A stretch of 42,750 nt of DNA from a virus (taxonomy: Duplodnaviria > Caudoviricetes), in the IMG/VR virus record IMGVR_UViG_3300017747_003269, positions 1 through 42,750 of that record, one strand, 5' to 3'. The translations under genes and the position numbers were made by a program. Under the pieces are notes generated by a model that worked only from the letters and a program-made list of their open reading frames with translations, was not told the origin of the DNA and searched no databases. Shown here one piece after another: positions 16,159 to 25,154 of this stretch; within the stretch, counting starts at the first letter, position 1; each line of letters opens with the position of its first letter.

Positions 16159-16316
16159 GCCCGGCGTGTGGAGAAAAGATGCAAGAACCACTCACGGCCA
16201 AAACCTGCGACCGCAAGACCGGCCCGACAAAGCGGGAGAAACTCTGGATGTGCCAAAAAGATGGATACTTGAAAAATGGAAAAGTCACGCGCAACCCATT
16301 CGACGAGGACGCCTAA
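16101..16316 (+). CDS. Zinc-ribbon protein carried on cassette 1
   Basis: CPAC motif. Starts inside attC1, and its TAA stop lies in the core of attC2. Confidence 0.65.
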   Translation: MSKATNVKRKGRSLKRVVRCPACGEKMQEPLTAKTCDRKTGPTKREKLWMCQKDGYLKNGKVTRNPFDEDA

Positions 16317-16398
16317 CGCATAAGCTCATGGACGCCGACCTATTGACTCCGCTGCAAGAAAGACGCCCCTCGGCGTTCCATGCAGCGTCTTGTTCTCT
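16311..16398 (-). mobile_element. attC integron recombination site 2
   Basis: Minus strand reads AGAGAAC-aagac-GCTGCATGGAACGCCGA...TCGGCGTCCATGAGC-ttatgc-GTTAGGC. The arms pair with two extrahelical bases, and the core is a perfect GTTRRRY. Length 88 bp. Confidence 0.85.
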
Positions 16399-17296
16399 GT
16401 TCTTGGGTGACTGCCGGGAGATGATGGAACGCCACATTCCAAGCGACTCCGTATCTCTCTCGGTGTGGTCGCCGCCCTATTGTGTGGGCAAGGAATACGA
16501 GCGCGGCGTGTCCTACGATGAATGGGCAAACATGCTGGCCGATGTCCTGCAAGCCCATGCGCGGATTCTGAAACCGGGCGGATTCTGTGCCGTGAATATC
16601 GGGGACATCCTGTGCTACTCCGATCCTGAAATGCCGCGCATCCAAGCCAGCAAGCCGCGACTGGCGATCACCCGTGAGGATGTGGAGAAGTGCCGCCGCT
16701 CCAACCCTACGGCGAACCGCCGAGAACTCGCTGCGCTGATGGGAGTCAGTGAACAGACCATCCAACGGCGGAGCGAAAACAACAACGTGCGAGGCGGCAA
16801 GCATACCCAGCAGACACGAATGAAGCTCTGCGGTGAACTTATCGAACGTCCCGCCTATGACGCTGGGCTGTATCTCTACGACCGCCGCATCTGGCATAAA
16901 GACCCATGCTGGGCGAATAGCCAATGGCACACGAACTCTTACCGCGCCGTGGATGAGGCCGAATACGTCTGGATACTCTGGAAACCCGGCATCACGGAAA
17001 TCAAACGCAACCGCCTGCAACCCGGCGAATGGGCTGAATGGGGAAGCCGTGGCGTGTGGCAAATACCGAGCGTGCGGGCAAACGACAGGCACGAAGCAAT
17101 GTTCCCGGTGGAACTGCCGAGCCGCCTGATCCGACTCCTTACTGACGAAGGCGATACAGTGATAGACCCGTTCATGGGTAGCGGGACAACGGGACGCGCC
17201 GCCGCGCAACTGAAACGCCGATTCGTCGGCATCGAAAAGGACGCTGCCGCGTATGATGTGGCGTCCAAATTTCTTACAGAGAACAATAGAATATGA
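16328..17296 (+). CDS. DNA amino-methyltransferase (N4-C/N6-A, beta class) with an inserted HTH, carried on cassette 2
   Basis: SPPY catalytic motif, H.AMFP, DPFMGSGTT and GIEKD. Likely ATG at 16328 gives 322 aa. Confidence 0.9.
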   Translation: MDADLLTPLQERRPSAFHAASCSLFLGDCREMMERHIPSDSVSLSVWSPPYCVGKEYERGVSYDEWANMLADVLQAHARILKPGGFCAVNIGDILCYSDPEMPRIQASKPRLAITREDVEKCRRSNPTANRRELAALMGVSEQTIQRRSENNNVRGGKHTQQTRMKLCGELIERPAYDAGLYLYDRRIWHKDPCWANSQWHTNSYRAVDEAEYVWILWKPGITEIKRNRLQPGEWAEWGSRGVWQIPSVRANDRHEAMFPVELPSRLIRLLTDEGDTVIDPFMGSGTTGRAAAQLKRRFVGIEKDAAAYDVASKFLTENNRI

Positions 17297-17300
17297 CGCA
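17278..17300 (-). mobile_element. attI-like or secondary entry site of the cassette array
   Basis: Minus strand reads TGCGTCATATTCTATT-GTTCTCT. There is no hairpin, and the core is complementary to the R'' box of attC2. Confidence 0.55.
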
Positions 17301-17369
17301 GTGCATACAGCCTTCGACGTTATCTAAACGGCGTAGCCGGTGGCAGGACAAGCGGAAGCGGGGTGGCGC

Positions 17370-17615
17370 ATGAATACGTTCAAAGTTCTCGCATATGACC
17401 ATCACAACAGATGCCATCGGGCGAAGGATGAGGCGACCGGCGAGGAGACACTGGTGGATTTTCTAGTCAGTGGGGATTTTCCAGAGGAAACTACCCCAGA
17501 GGATCTGGTGGGGAAGACCGTGGATTGTGACTACACTTTCCCCCACATAAGCCTAGCCATGCACGTCCGACTAAGCAAAAACCCGGACATCCGCAACAGC
17601 GGAGCCGGGTGGTAA
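17370..17615 (+). CDS. Hypothetical protein
   Basis: ATG at 17370. Last gene of the rightward block. Confidence 0.65.
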   Translation: MNTFKVLAYDHHNRCHRAKDEATGEETLVDFLVSGDFPEETTPEDLVGKTVDCDYTFPHISLAMHVRLSKNPDIRNSGAGW

Positions 17616-17640
17616 TGTTTCGGGAGACGAAGCCCGAAGA
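17581..17640. terminator. Tandem hairpins at the convergence of early and late transcription
   Basis: ACCCGG..TCCGC/GCGGA..CCGGGT (17581-17610) and TTCGGG/CCCGAA (17619-17638). Confidence 0.45.
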
Positions 17641-17643
17641 GGT

Positions 17644-17949
17644 TTAGACAGTAGCGTCTGGAACCACGTCGTCAAGCTCTTGTGACGATGCCTTCACTGC
17701 TGCAATGGCGTCGGCCACGGCTTGTGGCAATTCACCGCCAGCAATAGTTGCTTCCAGCGCCGTGATGGTGGCTGCGAGAGCGTCCACCTTGCCACGGATT
17801 TCACCAAGTGCCTTGGCGTTTTGCGCCTTGATGTCGTTGAGTGCTGTAACTGCTTGTTCTGCGTTCATAAGTAACCTTTTGTTAACCGAGTTTTGAACCC
17901 ACGCCGCATAACCAAGCACAAGCAAGGCGCAGAGTGAGATCGCAATCAT
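17644..17949 (-). CDS. Membrane-anchored coiled-coil protein (spanin-like?)
   Basis: N-terminal transmembrane segment followed by heptad repeats. Confidence 0.6.
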   Translation of the reverse strand: MIAISLCALLVLGYAAWVQNSVNKRLLMNAEQAVTALNDIKAQNAKALGEIRGKVDALAATITALEATIAGGELPQAVADAIAAVKASSQELDDVVPDATV

Positions 17950-18446
17950 TAAAAACTGATGTTGACCAGCGCACGAATCAGTGAATCCTTGTCGCGCTCA
18001 TAGAACCAGGCGCGTATGGAATAATCTGCCCCTAGCGATACGTGTTTGGACAACCTCAAGTCAGCACCCAAGCCAACGCTCGTTGCCCACTGCTCATCGT
18101 TCCAGTCGCGGACTGCGCCACCCTTGCCATACAGGGAGAATTTCTCCTTGGCATAGGAAACGAAGCGAGCCTTCGCGAAGAACTCTGACTCGTCGATTGC
18201 GCCACTGCCACAGGTGTATTCCTCGAATCCAAGCGCGGTTCCGTGGATGGAAACGAACTTGTTGATTGAGTAGCCAACGTCAAGGCCACCGCCAAGGGTT
18301 GATGCACCATCGAAGTTCTCCGTGCGGATTGCAGCGAATGGCGACACAGTAATATCGTCCAGGACGGACGCAGCGCGGGTCGAGACTTTGACGATTGCCA
18401 GCGCGACGAGCGCAAGGCAGATGGAGCGGAACAGTTTCATTTTCAT
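17949..18446 (-). CDS. Small outer-membrane beta-barrel protein
   Basis: Signal peptide, about 8 amphipathic strands (GGGLDVGY, GLGADLRL, SLGADY) and a C-terminal Phe. Confidence 0.8.
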   Translation of the reverse strand: MKMKLFRSICLALVALAIVKVSTRAASVLDDITVSPFAAIRTENFDGASTLGGGLDVGYSINKFVSIHGTALGFEEYTCGSGAIDESEFFAKARFVSYAKEKFSLYGKGGAVRDWNDEQWATSVGLGADLRLSKHVSLGADYSIRAWFYERDKDSLIRALVNISF

Positions 18447-18673
18447 TCTTTAGTTGGTTCTGTTTCTTCCGGTGGCACGGGAGATTGTTTCAGGTAAAAT
18501 GCGAGGGAGATTACCGCCGCACCGACCGCCATCTTGCCCAGCTTGGGCAGGTCGTTGAAGTTAAAGGCTATCGGGTCAACCGCAATGGCGCAAATAGTAT
18601 TGGCCGCGCCACCGATGATTGCTGCCAATATACCTTGGAACCACTTCGTCCAGTTCAGATTTATTTTGCTCAT
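18443..18673 (-). CDS. Holin-like membrane protein (76 aa)
   Basis: Two hydrophobic helices and a charged tail. ATGA overlap at 18670-18673. Confidence 0.6.
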   Translation of the reverse strand: MSKINLNWTKWFQGILAAIIGGAANTICAIAVDPIAFNFNDLPKLGKMAVGAAVISLAFYLKQSPVPPEETEPTKE

Positions 18674-18942
18674 TGCTTTACCCTTTCTGGAATCTTCAGA
18701 TTCGGATTGTCCATGCGAAGCTGCATTGTCCATATGCGCATATCGCTTTCGGTCCATCGGTCAGACACTCGCGCCTCCATAGAGGCAAGCCGGTTGTCAA
18801 TTTTGTTCAGGCTATTGTTAATCCACAATGCCCCACCCAGGAACGCACCAATGCAGGCGACGACCAAACCCAACGGCAGTTTCGTTTTCTCATTCAGCTC
18901 TGATTCACTCATGTCCCCAGTTTCCCTTTCAACCTTGTTCAT
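18670..18942 (-). CDS. Single-pass membrane protein with a short coiled coil
   Basis: Transmembrane segment LPLGLVVACIGAFLGGALWI. Confidence 0.65.
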   Translation of the reverse strand: MNKVERETGDMSESELNEKTKLPLGLVVACIGAFLGGALWINNSLNKIDNRLASMEARVSDRWTESDMRIWTMQLRMDNPNLKIPERVKQ

Positions 18943-19337
18943 TGTAGTTGTGTGCTTAACCTGACCCGAATCATCGCGTTGGATTTCACCTCGCGCATAA
19001 TCTGCGCAGTCTCCACCGTTGCCCAGCCGCCCCCGCTGTTCTCCTCAAAGTTCGCAATCACATTGAAGATGCGAATCTCCACCGGCTCAGAGTTGGTATT
19101 GAGGCCCAGCGTTCGCACGGTCACGGGCTGCGAGAATCCCAGCGGGAAGTTCTCCACGGTGTATTCCGTGATATGCAGTGGGAGCTGTGCGGTCTGCTGC
19201 GGTCCCCATTGCAGTTCGTAGCCAATCGCATCCGTGAGGCTCTGTGGCGCATCCCAGCGAAAGGTTGCGGCTCTCGGCATTGGCTGGGCCGAGCACCACG
19301 CCAGCGACAGCATCCAAATTGAAAGCGCAACTCTCAT
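18939..19337 (-). CDS. Signal-peptide protein with a fibronectin type III-like domain (132 aa)
   Basis: Start at 19337 (ATGA overlap). Pattern F.WDAP....GYEL.W...YTV...VRT.....SE. Confidence 0.7.
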   Translation of the reverse strand: MRVALSIWMLSLAWCSAQPMPRAATFRWDAPQSLTDAIGYELQWGPQQTAQLPLHITEYTVENFPLGFSQPVTVRTLGLNTNSEPVEIRIFNVIANFEENSGGGWATVETAQIMREVKSNAMIRVRLSTQLQ

Positions 19338-22300
19338 CGGATGAATCCTGAACCACGGAAGAACCCGCTGCCCTGCAATAAACCAGAGACGCGGGATGAT
19401 CCACCACCTGCGGGTGGCGCATCGCCTTCGCCTTCGAACGGACCCAGTGTCCACGCGCTCCGTGTCATTCCAAAGAAATCCGTCGTAAATGCGCCAGATA
19501 GATTTGTCCCGGCAATGCTGGTCGTTAGCCGAAAGTCTTTCCCCGCCGCGTTGGCGAATGATGGATCGGTTCCATTTATCCCGTTGGCTTCCGTCCCCGT
19601 CACAGCCCATCTAAATGCATTGTCTGGTGGTGCCTGCTGCTTAGTTGGGTAAACAAGATTGAAGTCCGCGTTTACGGTGGTGTTGCTGCCAGGATTCCCA
19701 CTGTCTTGATCATTGTAATACCAGCCCGCCGTGTCCACGGGGCTTGTGACGTTGAAGAAGATGTTGTTGAACAAGAGCGTGCCGTAGCTCGATCCGTTAA
19801 CGCCGCCACCAGACGTTGCATTGCCGCCGTCGCGCGGCGTGTCGTAAAATAGGTTGTTGTAGAACTTCAGTCCGTCGATGGAATCGCTGCAAGTTCCACG
19901 CACGCGGTCGAAAACGTTGTTGCGAAACACAACGTTGGAATAGTTCACAGAACCAAACGCATCACTCGCCATCTGAGCGATGGCGCCGTCTCCATCGTCG
20001 CCGTTGGTTCCGCCGCTCACCCAGTTTCGCTCCACTAAAATGTCCTTGATGAACTGGTAGCTTCCCGGCTGTGGAAACTGGAGAAAGTCCGCGTGCCCGC
20101 CTGTCGCTCCGTTATTCAGGTTCGTGCAATAGTTCCGAGACACCGTGGCGTTCACTCCCATCGGCCTTACGAAGTCGCCCTCACCCCACGTATTGATCGC
20201 GATGTTCGCATCGACGAGCAGGTTGGAGCTGTTAAAAGCATTGACGCAGATGTGCCCGACGTTGGTGAACGTGTTATTGAACACCTTCACATTGAGCACT
20301 CCGTCCAGTGCTCCGAAAGATCCCGGTGAAAGAAGCTCCACGCCGTAGATGCTTTCAGGAGTGTCCCTGATGGTGTTGTTTAGAACCCACGTATCATCCG
20401 CCGCGTTGTAAAGGTAGATCGCGGCATCAGCGGCGTCGGTCGGCGAGTAGTTCAGCGTGAACCCGTCGATGGTCCAGTAGGGGTAACGGATTTTGAATCC
20501 GGCGTGAGTGGCTCCGTAGCCTACAATCGTGATGCGCGTGGATGCACCCGCCACGTTCCGATTCACGTCCGTGTAGGCCGCGAACGTGCCGGGATGCACT
20601 GCGATATAATCCCCGCCAGCCACTACTGAAACAGCCTTTGCAATGGTGAGGTAAGGCGTCGCGAAACTACCGTCGCCGGTAGTGTCGTTGCCAGAGGTCT
20701 TGACGTGCCAGATGTCCACGGCTGGAGTCCCTGAGCCCACTCGATACCAGTTGGTCACGCTCGCCGATTCGCCGTCCGTGTTTGAAACTGTGAGTTTAAC
20801 GGAATGCGTTCCAGCGGTGAGAAACGTGTGACTGTTCGTTGGCCAGCGACTCGTCACCACCGAGCCATCGGAGAATGTCCAGACGAAAGAGAACGCGCCG
20901 ATGTAGTTGGTATCGCTCCACGTTCCCGATATGGATTCCGTCGCGTCAAAACTCGCAACGGCTGGCACGTCTCCAATGTCTTCCGGCGTGTCCCACGGGC
21001 GAACCAAGCTGGTGCGTTCCCAGAAATTCTGCGCCACCCACGCGGAGTCAAACGCTTCCGCCACCCCATCCTTCCATCCGTAAGTTCCCTTCCAGACAAA
21101 GTGCGGACGCGGAGAAGAAGAATCAATGACCGACAACGCTCCAAGCCCACGCGCCGGGCTGTTGGTCATCAATCGCAGTCCGTCATCCGCCGTGAATGGA
21201 AGTCCATCCGGCCCCAGCGGATTCCACATGTCCACAAACTTCGGATCGCCGCCGTTGATTCCGTTCGCCTCCGCAAACCCTGCGTAGCCCATGAACCCCA
21301 GCGTCTCCGCTTGCGCGACAAAGTTGTAGTTGGTCACGACTCCGGTCGAACTGGTGACGGAATACGGCAGCGTGTTTGTCGAGGAGTGATCGCCGATGTC
21401 ATAGAAAATGTTCCCCACGATCTCTACCGTCTTGCCGCTCTGCGCCAGAATCGCCGTTGTCTCAGCCGTTCCGAAGCCGACCTTGAAGAACGTGTTCGAC
21501 TGCCAGCGATAGCCGTCCTGCGCTCCGTTAGGAGGACCGCTCACGCCCACGAAGACGTTGTATCTCCACGTATTGTTCGTCTGTCCTGAGCCTGCCGCGA
21601 ATTGGGACAAGTCTCCAGCCCGTCCATGAAACCAATTATACTCTGCCACAAAGTTCCCAATGACCGCCGCCGATGGATGAATCTGGCCGAAGATCCAATC
21701 AATCTTCGCGTATTGATCGACCTCATGGGAATACCATCCTATCTCCTGACTCGATCCGTAAATGAAGTTTGTTCCGTAGCGGAAGAAATTCCCGCGCAGC
21801 GTGATGTTTGTTCCCGACGGAATGATCATCTTGAACGAAGCGGCGACATCGAACGTGTTACTCACGATCAACCAGTCCCGGTTGAAGTTCATGTTGATGC
21901 ACTGTCCCCAGACGCTTTTGAAAGTGGAGTGCGTAATGGTGACGTTGGTTGCCCGCGTTCCGCTGCCGAGCTGGTCAATCGCCGCGTAACCTTCCTTGTC
22001 CATGCCGGGATACATCGCGATCCACTGTGGGGATTCATTGGTCGAGATGCCCGTCAGTGTCATCGTCGTCGTCCCAACTGTTCCGTTGGTGACTACCTTG
22101 AACCCGTTCGTGAACGGATATATGAATGCACCCGGCCCGTTCGTTTCGGTGTATCCAGCCAACCACACAGGTTGATTTGCCTTGAAGCCCATCGTCGTGA
22201 AGTTCACTGCTGGATTAGAGATGACACCAGATGCGTGGAAGGTGAACCCTGTCCCGAACGCCAGCGGCATCGGACCAAATGTGCAGTTCGTGGCTATGAA

Positions 22301-22672
22301 GTTGTGGGCATCAGTGAGGAACAAGTTAGCCGTCCACAGTGCTTGTCTTGGTGTATCAATCGTCAGCCCACTCAAGACGATATATTCACCGTCCACCCGA
22401 AACTGATCCACTGTCACAACACCATCAGCCAAATAGGTGATTGGGCTGCCGCTTGACCCGTCTGTTGTTTCCTGAACTGTTTCAGGATAATCGCCCGCGC
22501 TGATAGTTACAGTGTCTCCAGCCGTCATCGTGTTCGCCGCCTTCTGAATGGTGAGCCATGCGTTGCCAATGCTCAGACCATCCAGCGAGTCGTTGCCGGT
22601 CGTCTTGACGTAGTATTGCGTGGCGCTGGCGAGCGAAGCCGAAAGCAGGAACAAAACGAACGTTAGTCTCAT
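19334..22672 (-). CDS. Tailspike/depolymerase-like protein: two right-handed beta-helix (pectin-lyase-like) modules separated by a PKD domain, with a signal peptide
   Basis: Module starts YYVKTTGND...WLTIQKAA and WHVKTSGND...PYLTIAKA. Asn-ladder repeats. PKD motif WTFSDG...HTF...G...V.LTV. Confidence 0.8.
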   Translation of the reverse strand: MRLTFVLFLLSASLASATQYYVKTTGNDSLDGLSIGNAWLTIQKAANTMTAGDTVTISAGDYPETVQETTDGSSGSPITYLADGVVTVDQFRVDGEYIVLSGLTIDTPRQALWTANLFLTDAHNFIATNCTFGPMPLAFGTGFTFHASGVISNPAVNFTTMGFKANQPVWLAGYTETNGPGAFIYPFTNGFKVVTNGTVGTTTMTLTGISTNESPQWIAMYPGMDKEGYAAIDQLGSGTRATNVTITHSTFKSVWGQCINMNFNRDWLIVSNTFDVAASFKMIIPSGTNITLRGNFFRYGTNFIYGSSQEIGWYSHEVDQYAKIDWIFGQIHPSAAVIGNFVAEYNWFHGRAGDLSQFAAGSGQTNNTWRYNVFVGVSGPPNGAQDGYRWQSNTFFKVGFGTAETTAILAQSGKTVEIVGNIFYDIGDHSSTNTLPYSVTSSTGVVTNYNFVAQAETLGFMGYAGFAEANGINGGDPKFVDMWNPLGPDGLPFTADDGLRLMTNSPARGLGALSVIDSSSPRPHFVWKGTYGWKDGVAEAFDSAWVAQNFWERTSLVRPWDTPEDIGDVPAVASFDATESISGTWSDTNYIGAFSFVWTFSDGSVVTSRWPTNSHTFLTAGTHSVKLTVSNTDGESASVTNWYRVGSGTPAVDIWHVKTSGNDTTGDGSFATPYLTIAKAVSVVAGGDYIAVHPGTFAAYTDVNRNVAGASTRITIVGYGATHAGFKIRYPYWTIDGFTLNYSPTDAADAAIYLYNAADDTWVLNNTIRDTPESIYGVELLSPGSFGALDGVLNVKVFNNTFTNVGHICVNAFNSSNLLVDANIAINTWGEGDFVRPMGVNATVSRNYCTNLNNGATGGHADFLQFPQPGSYQFIKDILVERNWVSGGTNGDDGDGAIAQMASDAFGSVNYSNVVFRNNVFDRVRGTCSDSIDGLKFYNNLFYDTPRDGGNATSGGGVNGSSYGTLLFNNIFFNVTSPVDTAGWYYNDQDSGNPGSNTTVNADFNLVYPTKQQAPPDNAFRWAVTGTEANGINGTDPSFANAAGKDFRLTTSIAGTNLSGAFTTDFFGMTRSAWTLGPFEGEGDAPPAGGGSSRVSGLLQGSGFFRGSGFIR

Positions 22673-22675
22673 GCT

Positions 22676-25150
22676 TTAGAAGGTCACGTAAATGTCTGCC
22701 GTCATGTGAAGAGCGGTTGGAGGTGTCACCCATGTCGGTGTTAGAATCTCGACGGCAATCTCCTCACCAGCTGTCACCGCGTAGCTGATGGCACCAGAGT
22801 CAAACGAATCCCTCGATGGAGAAATGCCCTTAGTCCAAGTAGAGGAATCATTCGTGCCGTCGGTAAGGTTGAATGTCAGACTTTCGGTGGAAGGGGTATT
22901 GGAGACAAACCAGTGGATCACCACTCGCGTAACCGTGCAATCGTAAGGCATGATCTGCGATACGTCTGAAAATGTCGTGCGCAGCGTAGTTCCTGCCGCG
23001 CTACCCAAATAATACGTGGTCGCGTTCGCTGCGCTTGCGGATACCTGAGTTTCGAAGGTGAGAATAGCCCTCGCCGTCGAACTAAACAAAAGGTTTGTCC
23101 CACGGTCTTCAATTGTAACTCCAGTCCCCGCTGTCACCGTCTTGATTGCTGACGTTCCAGCTACTTGGCCGATGACGGTAGCATTGGTTAGTCCGTTGTT
23201 GGTGACGCTACCACCTGCTGCCGCCGTTGCATTCGTCCAAACATGCTGACCTGCGGATGTGGAATGCAGCGTCAATACCTGTCCAGCCGTTGCGCTGGAG
23301 CGCGAGATTTGCAGATCATTCGTGCTGCCCGTTGCTGCTGGTGAATTCGTGGCGCGAGTCAAAGCGAATGCGTCGCCTTGGAAGGAGTTTATTCCAATCA
23401 TGGATGCAGCGGTTGAGCCTGTGCCAACGGTCAGAGTATTTGTCACCGTCAGATTTCCATGTGCTGAAACAACAAAGTTGCTCACCGCGCTAGCCGCTCC
23501 CGGAGTCTCCCAGGTAATCGTTCCGCCCGTGTTGAAGGTCGGCACCTGCCCGTTGCTTGGCGTATCGCTCAAGAGCGTTCCCACCAACGCAACGTCTGCA
23601 GTCTGGTCGTTGAATAGAATCGTTCCGCGTCCCGTTGCCCACGCATTGCTGCGCTGTACAATCGAGCCAGTTCCGTCTGGCACAGCCGACGAATTTAGGT
23701 AGGGAATGAACAGGCTGTTGGTCAGGAAAAGTGAATCTGCCCAGTTCGCGCCGGGAACATAGAGATCGGAAATAACCGTGTCACCGCTGACGTTCAGCTC
23801 GGTCAAGTATGCCTTCGTCGCGCTGATCGTCGTGGTGTAGTTGGTCGAATTCACCAGCGTCACATTCGCATGGCGCGGCTTGTCGAGGCTGCTTAATCCA
23901 GCCATTTCAATCCGACTACCCGTCACGCCTGCCCGAATTGAATTCGTGGCATTCGCGCCTGAAATCACCCGCGTATTCTCCAGCGAGAACTTGCCCGCCG
24001 CCGTCGAGTAATGGATTGGGTCAACCCCTGTTGGCCCGTAGATGGTGCAATTCACCAGTCGGAATTCCGTTCCATATGTCGCGTCGTATCTTCCGATGGT
24101 GGAATAGGTGGAAGCTGGAAGGGAATAGACCGTGCAGTTCAGCAAGATGCCGCTGCCGCTCATCGCCTTGTTAGTCAGCGCCCCAGAGATGCAGGCCGCA
24201 CTTCGCTTGAAGTTCAATACTCCAATATCCATGATCGACTTGTCGGAGATTGCCAGCGCCACGTTTCCGAAACTGCCGCCACCAGACAGCGCCTCGCCGT
24301 AACCGATGGTAAACACACCATCGCCCCAGTTTGTAAATGCCGCAGCAGTTTCCACGATGGAATCGCCTGCATACGCCCGCGATGCGCGGAAAACAATCTT
24401 GCGCGGAGCTGTTGAGCCGCCTTCATAAACGTCGTAATCATCAGCGCGAACAAATTCGTGCGCCGTGAAATCAAGAGATCCAGCGGTTTGCAGAATCGCC
24501 GATGTCGGTCCATGCACCCATGCAGATTTGCACTCGATATAGAAGTCTGAATCCCCCTCCTGCACGATCACGATTCCACCCAGCGCATTGCTTGCGTGGA
24601 ACTCGCCGAAGCCCATGATTCGGTTCGTGGACGCTCCAGTTCCCGCCAGCGCATCATCAAAGATTGCCGTGGTGGTTGTCAGGTCGGATGAACGCCCCAC
24701 TGATACCACCGCTCCAGGATGGAAATACATATCCACTCCACGTCCCGCCAGGCTGACGGTGTTGGTTGGAATGTTGTAAGCTCCCGGCCCGACGATAACA
24801 AGCGATCCCGCCGGAGCCTTGGTGCTGATATTCGTCAAGTTCAATCCAGACGACAGCGCATCATTCGAGTAGCCGACGTGGATGATGTTCGTATAGGCGC
24901 GAAGCAAAGAAAGGTAGTTGGTGGCGTATTCATTAACCCCAGCACCAACCAGGTTGCTGATGCCCGCATTCAGGTAAACATTGGTGGCATTCACCACGGA
25001 GAACGGGCCGTTAAACGAGTACGCACCCGTGATCGATCCGCTCACAGTGCCCCCGCCCCCGCCAATGCCAGGCTGCGCAGGCCGAATCGCCGCGCCCGCC
25101 ATCGTTACAAAGCACAGCAAGGCCGCTGCAATAAAGGAAAGTCTCTTCAT
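22676..25150 (-). CDS. Tail fibre-like protein with a signal peptide
   Basis: Likely ATG at 25150. Thr/Asn/Gly-rich beta structure, fibre-type repeats (GQVPTFN..G..TW, AGQVLT) and tail-fibre position. Confidence 0.7.
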   Translation of the reverse strand: MKRLSFIAAALLCFVTMAGAAIRPAQPGIGGGGGTVSGSITGAYSFNGPFSVVNATNVYLNAGISNLVGAGVNEYATNYLSLLRAYTNIIHVGYSNDALSSGLNLTNISTKAPAGSLVIVGPGAYNIPTNTVSLAGRGVDMYFHPGAVVSVGRSSDLTTTTAIFDDALAGTGASTNRIMGFGEFHASNALGGIVIVQEGDSDFYIECKSAWVHGPTSAILQTAGSLDFTAHEFVRADDYDVYEGGSTAPRKIVFRASRAYAGDSIVETAAAFTNWGDGVFTIGYGEALSGGGSFGNVALAISDKSIMDIGVLNFKRSAACISGALTNKAMSGSGILLNCTVYSLPASTYSTIGRYDATYGTEFRLVNCTIYGPTGVDPIHYSTAAGKFSLENTRVISGANATNSIRAGVTGSRIEMAGLSSLDKPRHANVTLVNSTNYTTTISATKAYLTELNVSGDTVISDLYVPGANWADSLFLTNSLFIPYLNSSAVPDGTGSIVQRSNAWATGRGTILFNDQTADVALVGTLLSDTPSNGQVPTFNTGGTITWETPGAASAVSNFVVSAHGNLTVTNTLTVGTGSTAASMIGINSFQGDAFALTRATNSPAATGSTNDLQISRSSATAGQVLTLHSTSAGQHVWTNATAAAGGSVTNNGLTNATVIGQVAGTSAIKTVTAGTGVTIEDRGTNLLFSSTARAILTFETQVSASAANATTYYLGSAAGTTLRTTFSDVSQIMPYDCTVTRVVIHWFVSNTPSTESLTFNLTDGTNDSSTWTKGISPSRDSFDSGAISYAVTAGEEIAVEILTPTWVTPPTALHMTADIYVTF

Positions 25151-25154
25151 AGTC

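Noticed and set aside
15870-16256. Minus-strand 128-aa ORF containing PNHALQRT
   Set aside because: That peptide is the translation of the attC R''-L'' arm, and the ORF is antisense to coupled plus-strand genes.
16157-16327. N-terminal extension of the 379-aa methyltransferase ORF
   Set aside because: It overlaps 16101..16316 and crosses the cassette boundary. ATG 16328 is more plausible.
17340-17615. Remnant integron integrase next to the attI-like site
   Set aside because: The ORF is short and lacks the tyrosine-recombinase R...HxxR...H/Y motifs.
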